A stretch of DNA of 64,000 bases from Candidatus Bathyarchaeia archaeon (GTDB lineage: Archaea; Thermoproteota; Bathyarchaeia; Bathyarchaeales; Bathycorpusculaceae). Below, piece after piece: positions 39,090 through 48,800 of the stretch. Numbering within the stretch: the first letter of the stretch is position 1; the number at the start of each line of letters is the position of its first letter. The notes under the pieces were generated by a model that was given only the letters and a program-made list of their open reading frames with translations, was not told the origin of the DNA and did no database searches. The translations under genes were made by a program, and so were the position numbers. Location of the stretch: the NCBI GenBank assembly GCA_038883655.1, contig JAVZLQ010000004.1, positions 64,001 to 128,000 on the forward strand, given 5' to 3'.

Positions 39090-40829
39090 CTAGTAAAGAG
39101 GTATTTTCGAAGAGGATTGGCTTCGGATTTTCGCTCGTAACCATCCCCACGGAGGATATTCTCTTTTATCTGTTAACACGTCAACAATTGCAGGCTTGCC
39201 ACATTCAAATGCCTGCTTAATTGCGTCGGCAATCTCTCCCGGCCTTTCAACTCGCACTCCGTAACAGCCAAAAGCTTCTGCGATTTTTGCATAATCAAGT
39301 TCTCCTAAATCGCAACAGCTGATCTTTGGAATTTCTGGAGAGGAGAGGTCATCGAAGTATGGTCTCCCTTGGGCAAATGAAGAATTATTATTGACAACAA
39401 TGACCAATGGTACACGTTTATCGTTATACCGCTTTGCAGTTTCCAAATCAGCAAGGTTGTAAGCTATGCCCCCATCTCCAATCAGATTCAAGACCCTCTG
39501 GTCTTCTTCAGCTCCAAAAGAGGCGCCAATAGCCATAGCAAAACTGGAACCTAACGTTCCACCACACGAAATATAAGTTAGGCCGGTCCCTTTTAACTTC
39601 AAGAAACGCGTTGTCCAACATATCATGTGACCTGTATCGCTGACAACTATATCTTTTGGCTTAAGAACCTTTGATACTTCTTTCATCAAACGCTGCGGCT
39701 TAATCGGAATACTATCAGAATTAACCATGTGCTTAACTGTGTCTTCATACTCCTTCAATGCCTTTGCTATTGCCTGAAGCCTTGCGTTATCCTTTTTGGG
39801 TTTTTTCACCATTTCTTTGAGGACGCTTATTAACTCTCGTAAGGTTACTTTTGCGTCACCTACTAAAGGAACGTCAGCTTTATAATTTCTACCAATGGCG
39901 ACGGGATCTATATCTAAGTGAATAATTTTTGGTACACATGGTTCTGGGGCTGTTAAATCGTCTGTTTCGTGGCTGCCAGCCCTCGTTGCCACAAAAAAGA
40001 CAACGTCAGCCTCTCTAAGGATTCTATTGGCTACCTCGCTCCCATAAGAACCGGGTACTCCCACGTATAAGGGGTGATCTTCTGGAAAACACCCTTTTCC
40101 TCTATAATTTACAGCAACAGGTATTGATAATAACTCTGCTAATTCTCTTACTTCATCATACGCACCAGATAAGTGAACACCTGAACCACAGAACATTACT
40201 GGCCTTTCAGCTGACACTAGCAGTTTCGCAGCTTCAACTATTTTTTCATGTTCCGCCTTAGGCCTAAATGGTGGAACTTTAAAGAAAGTTGGATCTCCGT
40301 ATATTTCTGGCATTTCAGCAGTCGCCCCGGCCATGTCAAGGTGAATGTTTACGTGAACTGGACCTGGACACCCACTTACAGCTATTTGAACTGCAGTGCG
40401 TATGTATTCAGCAATTCTGCTGACATCAGTGACGTCTACATTGAATTTGCAAGTTGATTCAAAGTACGGCATTTCATAGCATTCTTGATAGCGCCATGTA
40501 TCCTTTTCTTTCGTTGGTATAGAACCTGTTAATGCCAAAACTGGACTATGACAATACATGGCTTCATATAGCATTGACGCAAGGATCGCGGCTGCAGCTC
40601 CATGTTGAGCGTAACACGCTGAAGGTTTTCTCGTGACTCTGGAGAAGCCATCAGCCATGTTACATGCTGCTTTCTCGTTTCGGCATAATATCATATTGAT
40701 GCCTTCCTTTTCAATCACTGGAAACATTCTTGTCATGCCGCCCATGACATAAAAGAAGTAATCGACGCCGCATGCTGAAAGGGCTTTAGCTACCGTTTCT
40801 GCACCACTTAGCTTAATTTTTTTGACCAT
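39090..40829 (-). CDS. Thiamine-diphosphate-dependent enzyme (acetolactate synthase/decarboxylase superfamily)
   Basis: RNEKAA..MADGFSR, PGPVHV, GDGG...NNNS TPP motif. Confidence 0.9.
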   Translation of the reverse strand: MVKKIKLSGAETVAKALSACGVDYFFYVMGGMTRMFPVIEKEGINMILCRNEKAACNMADGFSRVTRKPSACYAQHGAAAAILASMLYEAMYCHSPVLALTGSIPTKEKDTWRYQECYEMPYFESTCKFNVDVTDVSRIAEYIRTAVQIAVSGCPGPVHVNIHLDMAGATAEMPEIYGDPTFFKVPPFRPKAEHEKIVEAAKLLVSAERPVMFCGSGVHLSGAYDEVRELAELLSIPVAVNYRGKGCFPEDHPLYVGVPGSYGSEVANRILREADVVFFVATRAGSHETDDLTAPEPCVPKIIHLDIDPVAIGRNYKADVPLVGDAKVTLRELISVLKEMVKKPKKDNARLQAIAKALKEYEDTVKHMVNSDSIPIKPQRLMKEVSKVLKPKDIVVSDTGHMICWTTRFLKLKGTGLTYISCGGTLGSSFAMAIGASFGAEEDQRVLNLIGDGGIAYNLADLETAKRYNDKRVPLVIVVNNNSSFAQGRPYFDDLSSPEIPKISCCDLGELDYAKIAEAFGCYGVRVERPGEIADAIKQAFECGKPAIVDVLTDKREYPPWGWLRAKIRSQSSSKIPLY

Positions 40830-40953
40830 GTGTCATTTGATTTTTATGTATCTTTTTTAAACTTTTCGATAATTCTCGGGCAAGGATAATGACGAAGAAA
40901 GATTTTTAAAGATGCATGGCGCCTTTCATCCCTTTAAGAGGAGCAAGGACAAA

Positions 40954-43104
40954 ATGGGGAAAGTCCGCGTTGGGATAGATGTTGGTGGAACATTTACTAA
41001 AGCCGTAGCTATTGATTGTGAGACGCTGGAAATTGTTGGAAAATACGAGGTTCTAACGACGCATAGCGCTCCTGAAGGTGTAGCCAGAGGAATAGTGGAT
41101 GCATTTTACGGACTTATGAAACACTGTAAAATCCAACCAGAAGACGTCGTTTTTATTGCACACAGCACAACACAAGCAACAAACGCCTTGTTAGAAGGAG
41201 ACGTTGAACCAGTAGGCATTGTTGCAATGGGCAAAGGCTTTGACGGACTAAGAGCCAAAAGCGCCACTAAAGTAGGTAATGTCGAATTGGGTCCTCAAAG
41301 GCATTTAAAGACATATCACACGTTCATTGACACTAACAACGGATTATCTAAGGAAGAAGCATCACAAGCTATCAAAGACTTGCAAGAGCAAGGAGCCAGG
41401 GTGATTGTAGCAAGTGAAGCTTTCGGAGTAGATAATCCCGAAAACGAGCTTGCTGTAGTAAGTGCAGCAATCGATAGAGGTTTACCAGCAATAGGGGCTC
41501 ATGAGATATCAAAGCTTTACGGGCTAAAAACAAGAACGAGGACAGCATGTATTAACGCCAGCATTCTACCAAAGATGATGGAAACTGCAAACATGATTGA
41601 ACAAAGCGTAAGAAAAGCTGGAATAACCGCGCCAATAATGGTTATGCGCGGCGATGGAGGAGTTATGGCAATAGACGAAATGAGAAAAAGACCAATATTA
41701 ACGTCGCTATCTGGACCGGCAGCCAGTGTGGCTGGCTGTTTGATGTATCTAAGAATTACTGACGGCATATACTTTGAAGTTGGTGGAACCAGCACAAACC
41801 TAGGCGTTATTAGAAAGGGCAGACCAATGTTCAAATATGTAGAACTAGGCGGACATCCAACATTCCTGCATTCCCTAGACGTAAGAGTAGTTGGCGTTGC
41901 CGGAGGAAGCATGCCAAGAGTAAAAGACCGCAAAATTATAGATGTGGGACCTCGTAGCGCGCATATAGCTGGGCTTCCATACGCGTCGTTTGTAGATCCA
42001 AAAGAAATCAAAGATCCAGAGCTTGTGTTTATACAGCCGAAGAAGGGTGATCCAAACGATTATGTCGCAATAAAAACCGCTAGTGGAAAGTTAATAGCAA
42101 TCACAAACACGTGTGCGGCCAATGCTCTCGGATTAACAAAACCTGGAGATTACGCATACGGCAATAGAGAATCGGCAAGAAAGGCTATAGAAGTTTTAGC
42201 CAAACACATTGGTTTAAGTATCGATGAAACTGCCACGCAAATATTAACAATTGCCACAGACAAAGTAATCCCAGTAATCAACGATTTAATTAAGGAGTAT
42301 AAGCTTGAAAAAGAGGTAACGTGGCTTGCAGGCGGAGGTGGAGGAGCCGCGGCTCTAGTTCCGTTTCTATCCAAGCGAACAGGTATTTCCTATAAAATAT
42401 CAGAGAATGCAGAGGTCATATCCTCCATTGGTGTAGCATTAGCCGTGATCCAAGACATGGTTGAACGACATGTTATCAATCCAACACCTGAGGTAATACT
42501 CTCAATAAAGCGAGAGGCTGAAATGGCTTGCATAAAATCAGGCGCGGCGCCTAGCACCGTAGAGGTATTTGTAGAGGTAGATGCTCAAAAGAAAAAAGTT
42601 AGAGCCTTGGCTTGGGGAGCTCTAGAATTTAGAACAAGAGACATTAGAAAAACTGCAACGTTAGACGAAGTAAAAGAAGAAGCAGCTAAGTCAATGCATC
42701 TACAGCCAAGCGAGGTAACTATAGAAGCGTCAATAGACGACTTCTACGTAGTAACTGGCACGATCAAACAGAAAGGCGTAATGAAACTGTTTAGGGGAGG
42801 AACGCCACAACTTAGAGTTGTAGACAAATATGGTGTTGTAAGACTTTCAATACAAGGAAAAACAACAATCGCCAAAGCATCTGTCCAAGATGCCGAAAAA
42901 ACACTTAAGGAAATATTCGCAAAAAACAAATCATACACAGAAGCAGGCGCGTTTATCCCATCTATATACGTGCTCTGCGAAGGAAGAATATTGGATTATT
43001 CCGGCCTAATTGAAGAAGAACAAGTTTTAGGTCTATTGCGTTCAGAGCTAGCGGGAAGAAAACCGGAAAGACCATTGATAATAATAGCGACGTCGCGACA
43101 ATAG
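40954..43104 (+). CDS. Hydantoinase/oxoprolinase A-type ASKHA ATPase family protein
   Basis: GIDVGGTFTK, HSTTQATNAL, LSGPAAS, EVGGTSTN, AGGS, GPRSA, GGGGGA. Confidence 0.88.
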   Translation: MGKVRVGIDVGGTFTKAVAIDCETLEIVGKYEVLTTHSAPEGVARGIVDAFYGLMKHCKIQPEDVVFIAHSTTQATNALLEGDVEPVGIVAMGKGFDGLRAKSATKVGNVELGPQRHLKTYHTFIDTNNGLSKEEASQAIKDLQEQGARVIVASEAFGVDNPENELAVVSAAIDRGLPAIGAHEISKLYGLKTRTRTACINASILPKMMETANMIEQSVRKAGITAPIMVMRGDGGVMAIDEMRKRPILTSLSGPAASVAGCLMYLRITDGIYFEVGGTSTNLGVIRKGRPMFKYVELGGHPTFLHSLDVRVVGVAGGSMPRVKDRKIIDVGPRSAHIAGLPYASFVDPKEIKDPELVFIQPKKGDPNDYVAIKTASGKLIAITNTCAANALGLTKPGDYAYGNRESARKAIEVLAKHIGLSIDETATQILTIATDKVIPVINDLIKEYKLEKEVTWLAGGGGGAAALVPFLSKRTGISYKISENAEVISSIGVALAVIQDMVERHVINPTPEVILSIKREAEMACIKSGAAPSTVEVFVEVDAQKKKVRALAWGALEFRTRDIRKTATLDEVKEEAAKSMHLQPSEVTIEASIDDFYVVTGTIKQKGVMKLFRGGTPQLRVVDKYGVVRLSIQGKTTIAKASVQDAEKTLKEIFAKNKSYTEAGAFIPSIYVLCEGRILDYSGLIEEEQVLGLLRSELAGRKPERPLIIIATSRQ

Positions 43105-43120
43105 CAAATAAATCGTTTTT

Positions 43121-43879
43121 TTATATTATCGCTCCTTCTTTTGCCTTATTTATTGCTGCATAAAAATACTGTGGGTTTTCCGTCAAAAAGTAATCGAGAA
43201 CTCGTGGACAGTACTTTAATCTAAGCAAATTACGAGCGAAAGAGTCAGCGGCTACATCGTAAAGCTCACGAATGTCGACCTTTAATTGAATCGGGCCGAA
43301 TTTGAAATTGTCTACCAAGTATTCATTCTTAATGGCTCTTACCGTTGTTATATGATGGTATAATTCGTGAGCAACATGTATTGAAATAAGAGTCTCCATC
43401 GGGAACATGTCACCAAGCTGGTGAAGACAGGCCAGTTTGTATTTGTAAAGAATTGATCCTTCATAAACGTAAATAGTTGACTTTTTTAGATCATACTCTG
43501 AAAATACAATTTGCTTCCCTAATATATAAGGATTTGAGATAAAAACAGTCTCTACCTTCATTTTTTTGGCTATTTCAATAGGATCTGTATCTAGAAACTC
43601 GTTTAATACTTCATTGGCGATTTGATAACCGTGGGAGACGGCCTTTTTTACAAACTTTAAGCGCATGTCTTGTGGAATTTTGTTGAAAAAAATGCTCTGT
43701 TTAAGGTCAACGTACCCGATCGTGATCTCATCAACTTCTAACAACAGTCTCTTGATAGGAATATTCTTTGTTTTTTCGATGATTTGTTCTACTTTATCAA
43801 TATTCTGGCCCTTGATTTTCTTGGCGGATGTTATGCGTAGCGTTTCAAGAACTTTTCGAACTTTTTCCATTCCATTCAC
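43121..43879 (-). CDS. Hypothetical protein with HExxH zinc-metallopeptidase-like motif
   Basis: IHVAHELYHH followed by ELYDVAADSFA; directly downstream of the transporter gene. Confidence 0.65.
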   Translation of the reverse strand: MNGMEKVRKVLETLRITSAKKIKGQNIDKVEQIIEKTKNIPIKRLLLEVDEITIGYVDLKQSIFFNKIPQDMRLKFVKKAVSHGYQIANEVLNEFLDTDPIEIAKKMKVETVFISNPYILGKQIVFSEYDLKKSTIYVYEGSILYKYKLACLHQLGDMFPMETLISIHVAHELYHHITTVRAIKNEYLVDNFKFGPIQLKVDIRELYDVAADSFARNLLRLKYCPRVLDYFLTENPQYFYAAINKAKEGAII

Positions 43880-43903
43880 CGCAAAAAGGGAAAAGAGGGG
43901 ATG

Positions 43904-45223
43904 TTAAATGATGTATGTTAGTACGGTAATTACTAGCCCGCCAAAGGTCATTAGCCAAGCCCACAAGGCAATGTTTTTCGGAAAGTCTATCGGCTTGTTG
44001 CCTGTAACTGAAGTGGTCCAAACTGTGTAAACTATTGTTGGGTCTGCCCATAGATAGTATGCCCATATAGATATTCCTGCTCCCCAGATTGCTGTTGCGG
44101 TTATCGGCCCCAGCTGACCCTGATTTGCAAGCGCAGCCAGCGTCATGTAGATAGGTGCACCCATCCTTATTGAGCCTGGCCCTCGGAAGACAGCGGCAAA
44201 GGTTATTATGCCGAAGAATATGAGAAACGTAGGTATATCTCGTGGAGCGAATTGCAGCATTGATTGGGAGAATGGATCTAGGAAAGCTTTTACGCTCGGC
44301 AGATACACTAGCCAGCCTATGGCGAGGAACACCAAGATTAGACCAGCTGCTTCTACGCCACCATCAAAGAAGTTTTTCTCCATTAAACGTCCTAGGTCTT
44401 TAGGTTTGCGACCACTTCCTGGCTGTGTTAGTATATAGCAGAGGAATATGGAGACTATGAATGCGACGATAGGATCTTGCTTTGCGAAAACTATCAGCGC
44501 CCAAGGCACAGCAGGTAAGATCATAGCAAATGCAGGCACTTTTCTACCTTCGCTCTTTACCTCTGCTGGTGTCGCAGACCTTAGCCTGTACCCCTTACGT
44601 TTAAATCGCCAGACAAGCCATATGTAGGCCACTATAACGTTCCATATAAGAACTTTATACATAAAGTCAATATGGTCGCTGATCCACTGAGCTGCAAGCG
44701 TTGCATCCATCTTGGGTATAACTCCAGTGAAGTAACAAACTGATGGCCAAGTCATCGGCCACATTAAATATGCTGCGCTCCACCCGGCTCCATGAACAAG
44801 CGCCGCGGTTAATCCATCAACACCTAAAGCCATCAAGACTGGCAGAGTGATTGAACCTACAATAATTACACCGGCTGATTGGGTGCCAAGGCTAACGTAG
44901 ATCCAAACTGCCAAGAGTATGCATGCTGTGAGGAATGGGCGTTCGCTACCTAGCTCTATTGCCTTTTTGACAATGGTTTCAACGACGCCGGTGTCTATTA
45001 ACGCTCTAGCATAGATAAAACCGAATATGAACAGTGGTATAATAGACAAGTTCTGGGATGGCCCGTTAATGGTCAACGTTATAATATCGTTTATAGAAGC
45101 ACCGTAGACAGCGAGGACAGCGACGGCCATAAAAAGACAGCCCCAGTACCATGTCAACCATTCTTTTACCATCAGTATAACCATAGCGACAAAGACCAAC
45201 CAGAACGCGATGAACTGAATCAT
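43904..45223 (-). CDS. Secondary transporter (CitMHS/GntP/IT-superfamily-like)
   Basis: About 11-12 TM, DTGVVETIVKKAIELG, GSITLPVLMALG; ATG at 45223 with purine-rich RBS. Confidence 0.8.
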   Translation of the reverse strand: MIQFIAFWLVFVAMVILMVKEWLTWYWGCLFMAVAVLAVYGASINDIITLTINGPSQNLSIIPLFIFGFIYARALIDTGVVETIVKKAIELGSERPFLTACILLAVWIYVSLGTQSAGVIIVGSITLPVLMALGVDGLTAALVHGAGWSAAYLMWPMTWPSVCYFTGVIPKMDATLAAQWISDHIDFMYKVLIWNVIVAYIWLVWRFKRKGYRLRSATPAEVKSEGRKVPAFAMILPAVPWALIVFAKQDPIVAFIVSIFLCYILTQPGSGRKPKDLGRLMEKNFFDGGVEAAGLILVFLAIGWLVYLPSVKAFLDPFSQSMLQFAPRDIPTFLIFFGIITFAAVFRGPGSIRMGAPIYMTLAALANQGQLGPITATAIWGAGISIWAYYLWADPTIVYTVWTTSVTGNKPIDFPKNIALWAWLMTFGGLVITVLTYII

Positions 45224-45438
45224 CGAGTCCTTTCCCCTTTCATTTAATACATTAATACCGCTCATAATATCGCAAACATTTAAAAATTTTACTCCGATTC
45301 GCCGATAAGAGGTTATGTTCATCCATGCAGCATTATGGAGTGCCCAAACTTTTACATGCTGAAGAAGGCTGTGGAGAGGAAAAACTTAAAATTGTACACA
45401 TGACTCCTTTTTAGAAGTTCAAAGTATGAGGGAGGGAT

Positions 45439-46410
45439 ATGGAGAAAATTACAAATTTAGAAGGCGTCAAGAAGTTAGCTTTAAAAGTTAGAAATTGGGG
45501 TAGGTGGGGCGCCGACGACCAGGTTGGAACAGTGAACTTTGTGACCCCAGAGAAAATCGTCAAAGCAACACATTTGGTGAAAAAGGGAAAAGTCTTCTCA
45601 TTGGCATTGCCCTTTGACAGATTCGGCCCACAAAAACCCATACCCGGTCAAAAGCGCTTTAACCCAATACATTTAATGTTTAGGTCAGGTGTAGACGCCC
45701 TAGTGCCATTGCCTCCTGAGAGAGCCCGCGCCTTCCCATATATACGCTCCGCGGATGACATGGTCATACTAACAACACACGGCGGAACACATTGGGATGC
45801 GTTAGCACACATATTCTTCGAAGGAAAAATGTGGAATGGTTATGACTGCACTTTAGTAACAAGCGAAGGGGCACAAAAAAACGGCATAGAAAACTACAGA
45901 AATAAGATTGTTGGTCGCGGTGTTCTACTTGATATAGCACGTTACAAAAAGGTTAAGTGGCTAGAACCTGGATACGGCATAACACCAGAAGACTTAGATG
46001 GATGCGCAAAGTGGGAAAAAGTAACTATTGAACAAGGCGACTTCTTGCTCGTCAGGACGGGACAACTGCGCCAAGTCAGAGAGAGAGGTGACTGGGGAGA
46101 CTACGCTGGAGGAAACGCCCCAGGACTTACTATAGAAACAGCTGAGTGGCTATACGAAAAAGAGGTAGCGGGCGTCGCGTCAGACACATGGGGAGTCGAA
46201 GTACGGCCGAACGCAACACCCGATTGCGCACAACCATGGCATATAATTGTAATACCAAGCATGGGACTGCTAATGGGTGAAATGTTCGACTTTGAAGAAC
46301 TTGCAGAGGACTGTGACAAAGATAAGGTCTACGAATTCTTGTTTGTAGCTCCTCCACTACCAATCACTGGAGCTGTAGGAAGCCCGATCAACCCATATGC
46401 TATAAAGTGA
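45439..46410 (+). CDS. Cyclase family (kynurenine formamidase-like) metal-dependent amidohydrolase
   Basis: NWGRWGADDQVGTVN, THGGTHWDALAH, GRGVLLD, ASDTW, GSPINP. Confidence 0.9.
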   Translation: MEKITNLEGVKKLALKVRNWGRWGADDQVGTVNFVTPEKIVKATHLVKKGKVFSLALPFDRFGPQKPIPGQKRFNPIHLMFRSGVDALVPLPPERARAFPYIRSADDMVILTTHGGTHWDALAHIFFEGKMWNGYDCTLVTSEGAQKNGIENYRNKIVGRGVLLDIARYKKVKWLEPGYGITPEDLDGCAKWEKVTIEQGDFLLVRTGQLRQVRERGDWGDYAGGNAPGLTIETAEWLYEKEVAGVASDTWGVEVRPNATPDCAQPWHIIVIPSMGLLMGEMFDFEELAEDCDKDKVYEFLFVAPPLPITGAVGSPINPYAIK

Positions 46411-46422
46411 GGGGACAAACAG

Positions 46423-47916
46423 TTGTCCACAAAAAATGACATAAAATTTTCTAAACATTATGGAAAAATAAAGCATTTTATCGACAATTTTTATATTGAA
46501 GCCGATTCAGAAGAGTATTTTTCATCATACGATCCGGGAAGTGGAGCAGAGATCGCAAAAGTCCCTATGCTATCCATAAAAGATGTTGATCGCGCCGTGC
46601 GTTCAGCCGCAAGCGCATTTGATGCTTGGTCGAATACGCCGGTTTTTGAGCGTATACAACACCTAATCAAACTGAAAATTCTAATGGAACAGAGACTCGA
46701 AGATTTCGCTAAACTTCTATCGCAAAACGTTGGCAAAACTATTCGTGAAGCCCGTGCTGAAATGCGCAGGGCACTAGAAGCTGTTGACGCAGCCTTAGGA
46801 TCACCCCATCTGTTCATGAACACTAGAAAAGTTATGAATATGGCTAAAACTGAACCTGAAATCGATATGGAATGCGTTAGGGAACCTCTTGGAGTGTTTG
46901 CTATAATTTCACCATTCAACTTTCCCATAATGATCCCCATGTGGTTCCTTCCATGGGCTGTTGCGTTCGGAAACACCGTTGTTATAAAACCAAGTTCACT
47001 AGACCCTGTGCCAATAACGGCTTTAATGAGCTTATTCCGTGAGGCAGGCTTCCCGGACGGTGTCATCAACCTCATCAATGGAACAGGCGGCTCTGAGGAG
47101 TTACTTAAGCACCCAGAAGTTGTAGGAGTCTGTTTCGTGGGCTCCTCACCAGTTGGCGAGAAAGTTTATTCTACCGCATGTTCCAACGGCAAGAGAGCCA
47201 TATGCCAATGCGGTGCAAAGAACCCTGTGGTTATTATGCCGGATGCTGCTTATGAACCAACTGTTGAAAATGTTATCGGCGGCTTTTTTGACATGGCTGG
47301 ACAACGCTGTCTAGCCCCGGGAGTACTCATACCAGTAGGCGAAGCATATGACAAATTTGTAAGCGCTCTAGTTGAAAGAGCGAAGAAAATACGGGTTGGC
47401 TATCCATTATTGGAAGACACTAATATGGGTGCAATGGTTTCGCAGAAGGAACGCGACAGAGTTGCTAAAATGATAGAAGAAGCAATAGCTGCTGGAGCAA
47501 AACCGCTGCTTGATGGTCGCAAAGTAAGTGTGGAAAGTAAATACAAAGAAGGATTTTATCTTGGCCCAACAATATTAGACGAGGTTGCACCAGGAACAAT
47601 CGTAGAGCAAGAAGAGATATTCGGGCCAGTCATGCCAATAGTAAAAGCATCAAACTTCGCTGAAGCTCTAAGCATAGCTAACAATCGCCAATATGGAAAC
47701 ACTGGAACGATCTACACATCAAGTGGAAAATGGGCAAGAGAGTTTGCAAGGCACGTTAAAGCGGGCAATGTGGCGATAAACATGGCTGTAGCACAACCAC
47801 ACCAATTCTTCCCATTCCCAGCACGCAAAAGAAGCCACTACGGACCATTAACAGGGCAGACTGGCACGGTAGACTTCTTCACGGACATGAAAGTAATCAT
47901 GTACAGATGGTGGTAA
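46423..47916 (+). CDS. CoA-acylating (methyl)malonate-semialdehyde dehydrogenase-like ALDH
   Basis: PFNFPIMIPMW, FVGSS, QCGAKN (no general-base Glu), AGQRCLA, EEIFGPV, YGN. Confidence 0.82.
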   Translation: MSTKNDIKFSKHYGKIKHFIDNFYIEADSEEYFSSYDPGSGAEIAKVPMLSIKDVDRAVRSAASAFDAWSNTPVFERIQHLIKLKILMEQRLEDFAKLLSQNVGKTIREARAEMRRALEAVDAALGSPHLFMNTRKVMNMAKTEPEIDMECVREPLGVFAIISPFNFPIMIPMWFLPWAVAFGNTVVIKPSSLDPVPITALMSLFREAGFPDGVINLINGTGGSEELLKHPEVVGVCFVGSSPVGEKVYSTACSNGKRAICQCGAKNPVVIMPDAAYEPTVENVIGGFFDMAGQRCLAPGVLIPVGEAYDKFVSALVERAKKIRVGYPLLEDTNMGAMVSQKERDRVAKMIEEAIAAGAKPLLDGRKVSVESKYKEGFYLGPTILDEVAPGTIVEQEEIFGPVMPIVKASNFAEALSIANNRQYGNTGTIYTSSGKWAREFARHVKAGNVAINMAVAQPHQFFPFPARKRSHYGPLTGQTGTVDFFTDMKVIMYRWW

Positions 47917-48129
47917 AAGACTAGACGCTGTTACCATATCCCTGCAAAATCCCCTTTTTCTAATAAGTGAACAAAATTTAACTGTCATATCATTTCTGGA
48001 ATATTGCCACATAATAGACAGAGTAAAGAAATAACAATAACGCGTTTAAAAGCCTTCTTCAATAAGAGCAACACGATAACGGTAACCTAAACCAAATCAT
48101 TTTCACGAGAACAAAAGCTTAGGCTCGCG

Positions 48130-48197
48130 TGTCAGTTCGCCCGTCGAGTCATATCATAGCCATTATAAAGCTCTATTGACTCCCTGCATCATCATCC
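48130..48197 (-). ncRNA. Candidate box C/D guide sRNA (predicted target 16S rRNA, C1402-equivalent)
   Basis: Minus strand: C box ATGATGA (48195-48189), internal K-turn-like C'/D' hairpin, guide CGACGGGCGAA, D box CTGA (48135-48132). The guide is complementary to the conserved SSU sequence CGCCCGUC. Confidence 0.65.
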
Positions 48198-48215
48198 AAA
48201 AATATAATCGGCATG

Positions 48216-48235
48216 GCAAAACTTAAGGCTTTTCC
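48216..48235. promoter_or_regulatory. Candidate bidirectional BRE/TATA element
   Basis: GCAAAACTTAAGGCTTTTCC: the palindromic CTTAAG has purine-rich BRE-like flanks on both strands, about 25 nt from the sRNA 5' end and about 33 nt from the nitroreductase ATG. Confidence 0.45.
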
Positions 48236-48259
48236 AATTAAAAATGGTATATACAACGC

Positions 48260-48796
48260 ATGGAGATGGAAGTTGTGGAGGTTCTAGAAGCCATTAAGGG
48301 TAGAAGAAGCATAAGAGCATTTAAAAGCCAGGATATCGCAGAAGAAACAGTCAACAAGCTTATTGAGGCTGCTTGCTGGGCGCCTTCTGCCGGAAACATT
48401 CAGCCATGGGAGTTCATAATTGTGCGAAACAGCGAAATTAAGCAGAAACTTGTTGAGGCGGCGCTTGGTCAAGAATTCATCGCAGAAGCTCCAGTCGTGA
48501 TAGTTGTGTGCGCGAATGAAGAGCGTTCAGCTCGAGGCTATGGTTTACGCGGAAAAACCTTATATTGCATACAAGACACGGCTGCAGCCATCCAAAACAT
48601 ACATTTAACCGCGTACTCGCTTGGTTTAGGTACATGTTGGATTGGAGCCTTTAGAGAAGAGGAAGCGCGGAAAGCGTTAAAGATTCCGAATGGAGTACGC
48701 CCAGTTGCGATAATCCCTGTGGGTTACCCAGACGAATTTCCTCAACCGCCTAGAAGAAGGCCAATGCAGCAAGCGGTTCATTACGAAACTTGGTGA
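48260..48796 (+). CDS. Nitroreductase family flavoprotein
   Basis: RRSIRAF, APSAGNIQPW, SLGLGTCWIG, PVGYP. Confidence 0.93.
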   Translation: MEMEVVEVLEAIKGRRSIRAFKSQDIAEETVNKLIEAACWAPSAGNIQPWEFIIVRNSEIKQKLVEAALGQEFIAEAPVVIVVCANEERSARGYGLRGKTLYCIQDTAAAIQNIHLTAYSLGLGTCWIGAFREEEARKALKIPNGVRPVAIIPVGYPDEFPQPPRRRPMQQAVHYETW

Positions 48797-48800
48797 AAGC

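Noticed and set aside
45330-45408. Fluoride-riboswitch-like fragments ATGGAGT ... ATGACTCCT upstream of the cyclase gene
   Set aside because: The P1 stem and spacing do not fit the crcB consensus, and the downstream gene is not a typical target
38896-48142. GTTCGCCC 8-bp direct repeat on both flanks of the catabolic cluster as a possible att site or target duplication
   Set aside because: Only 8 bp, no integrase or transposase, and the right copy is explained by the C/D RNA guide
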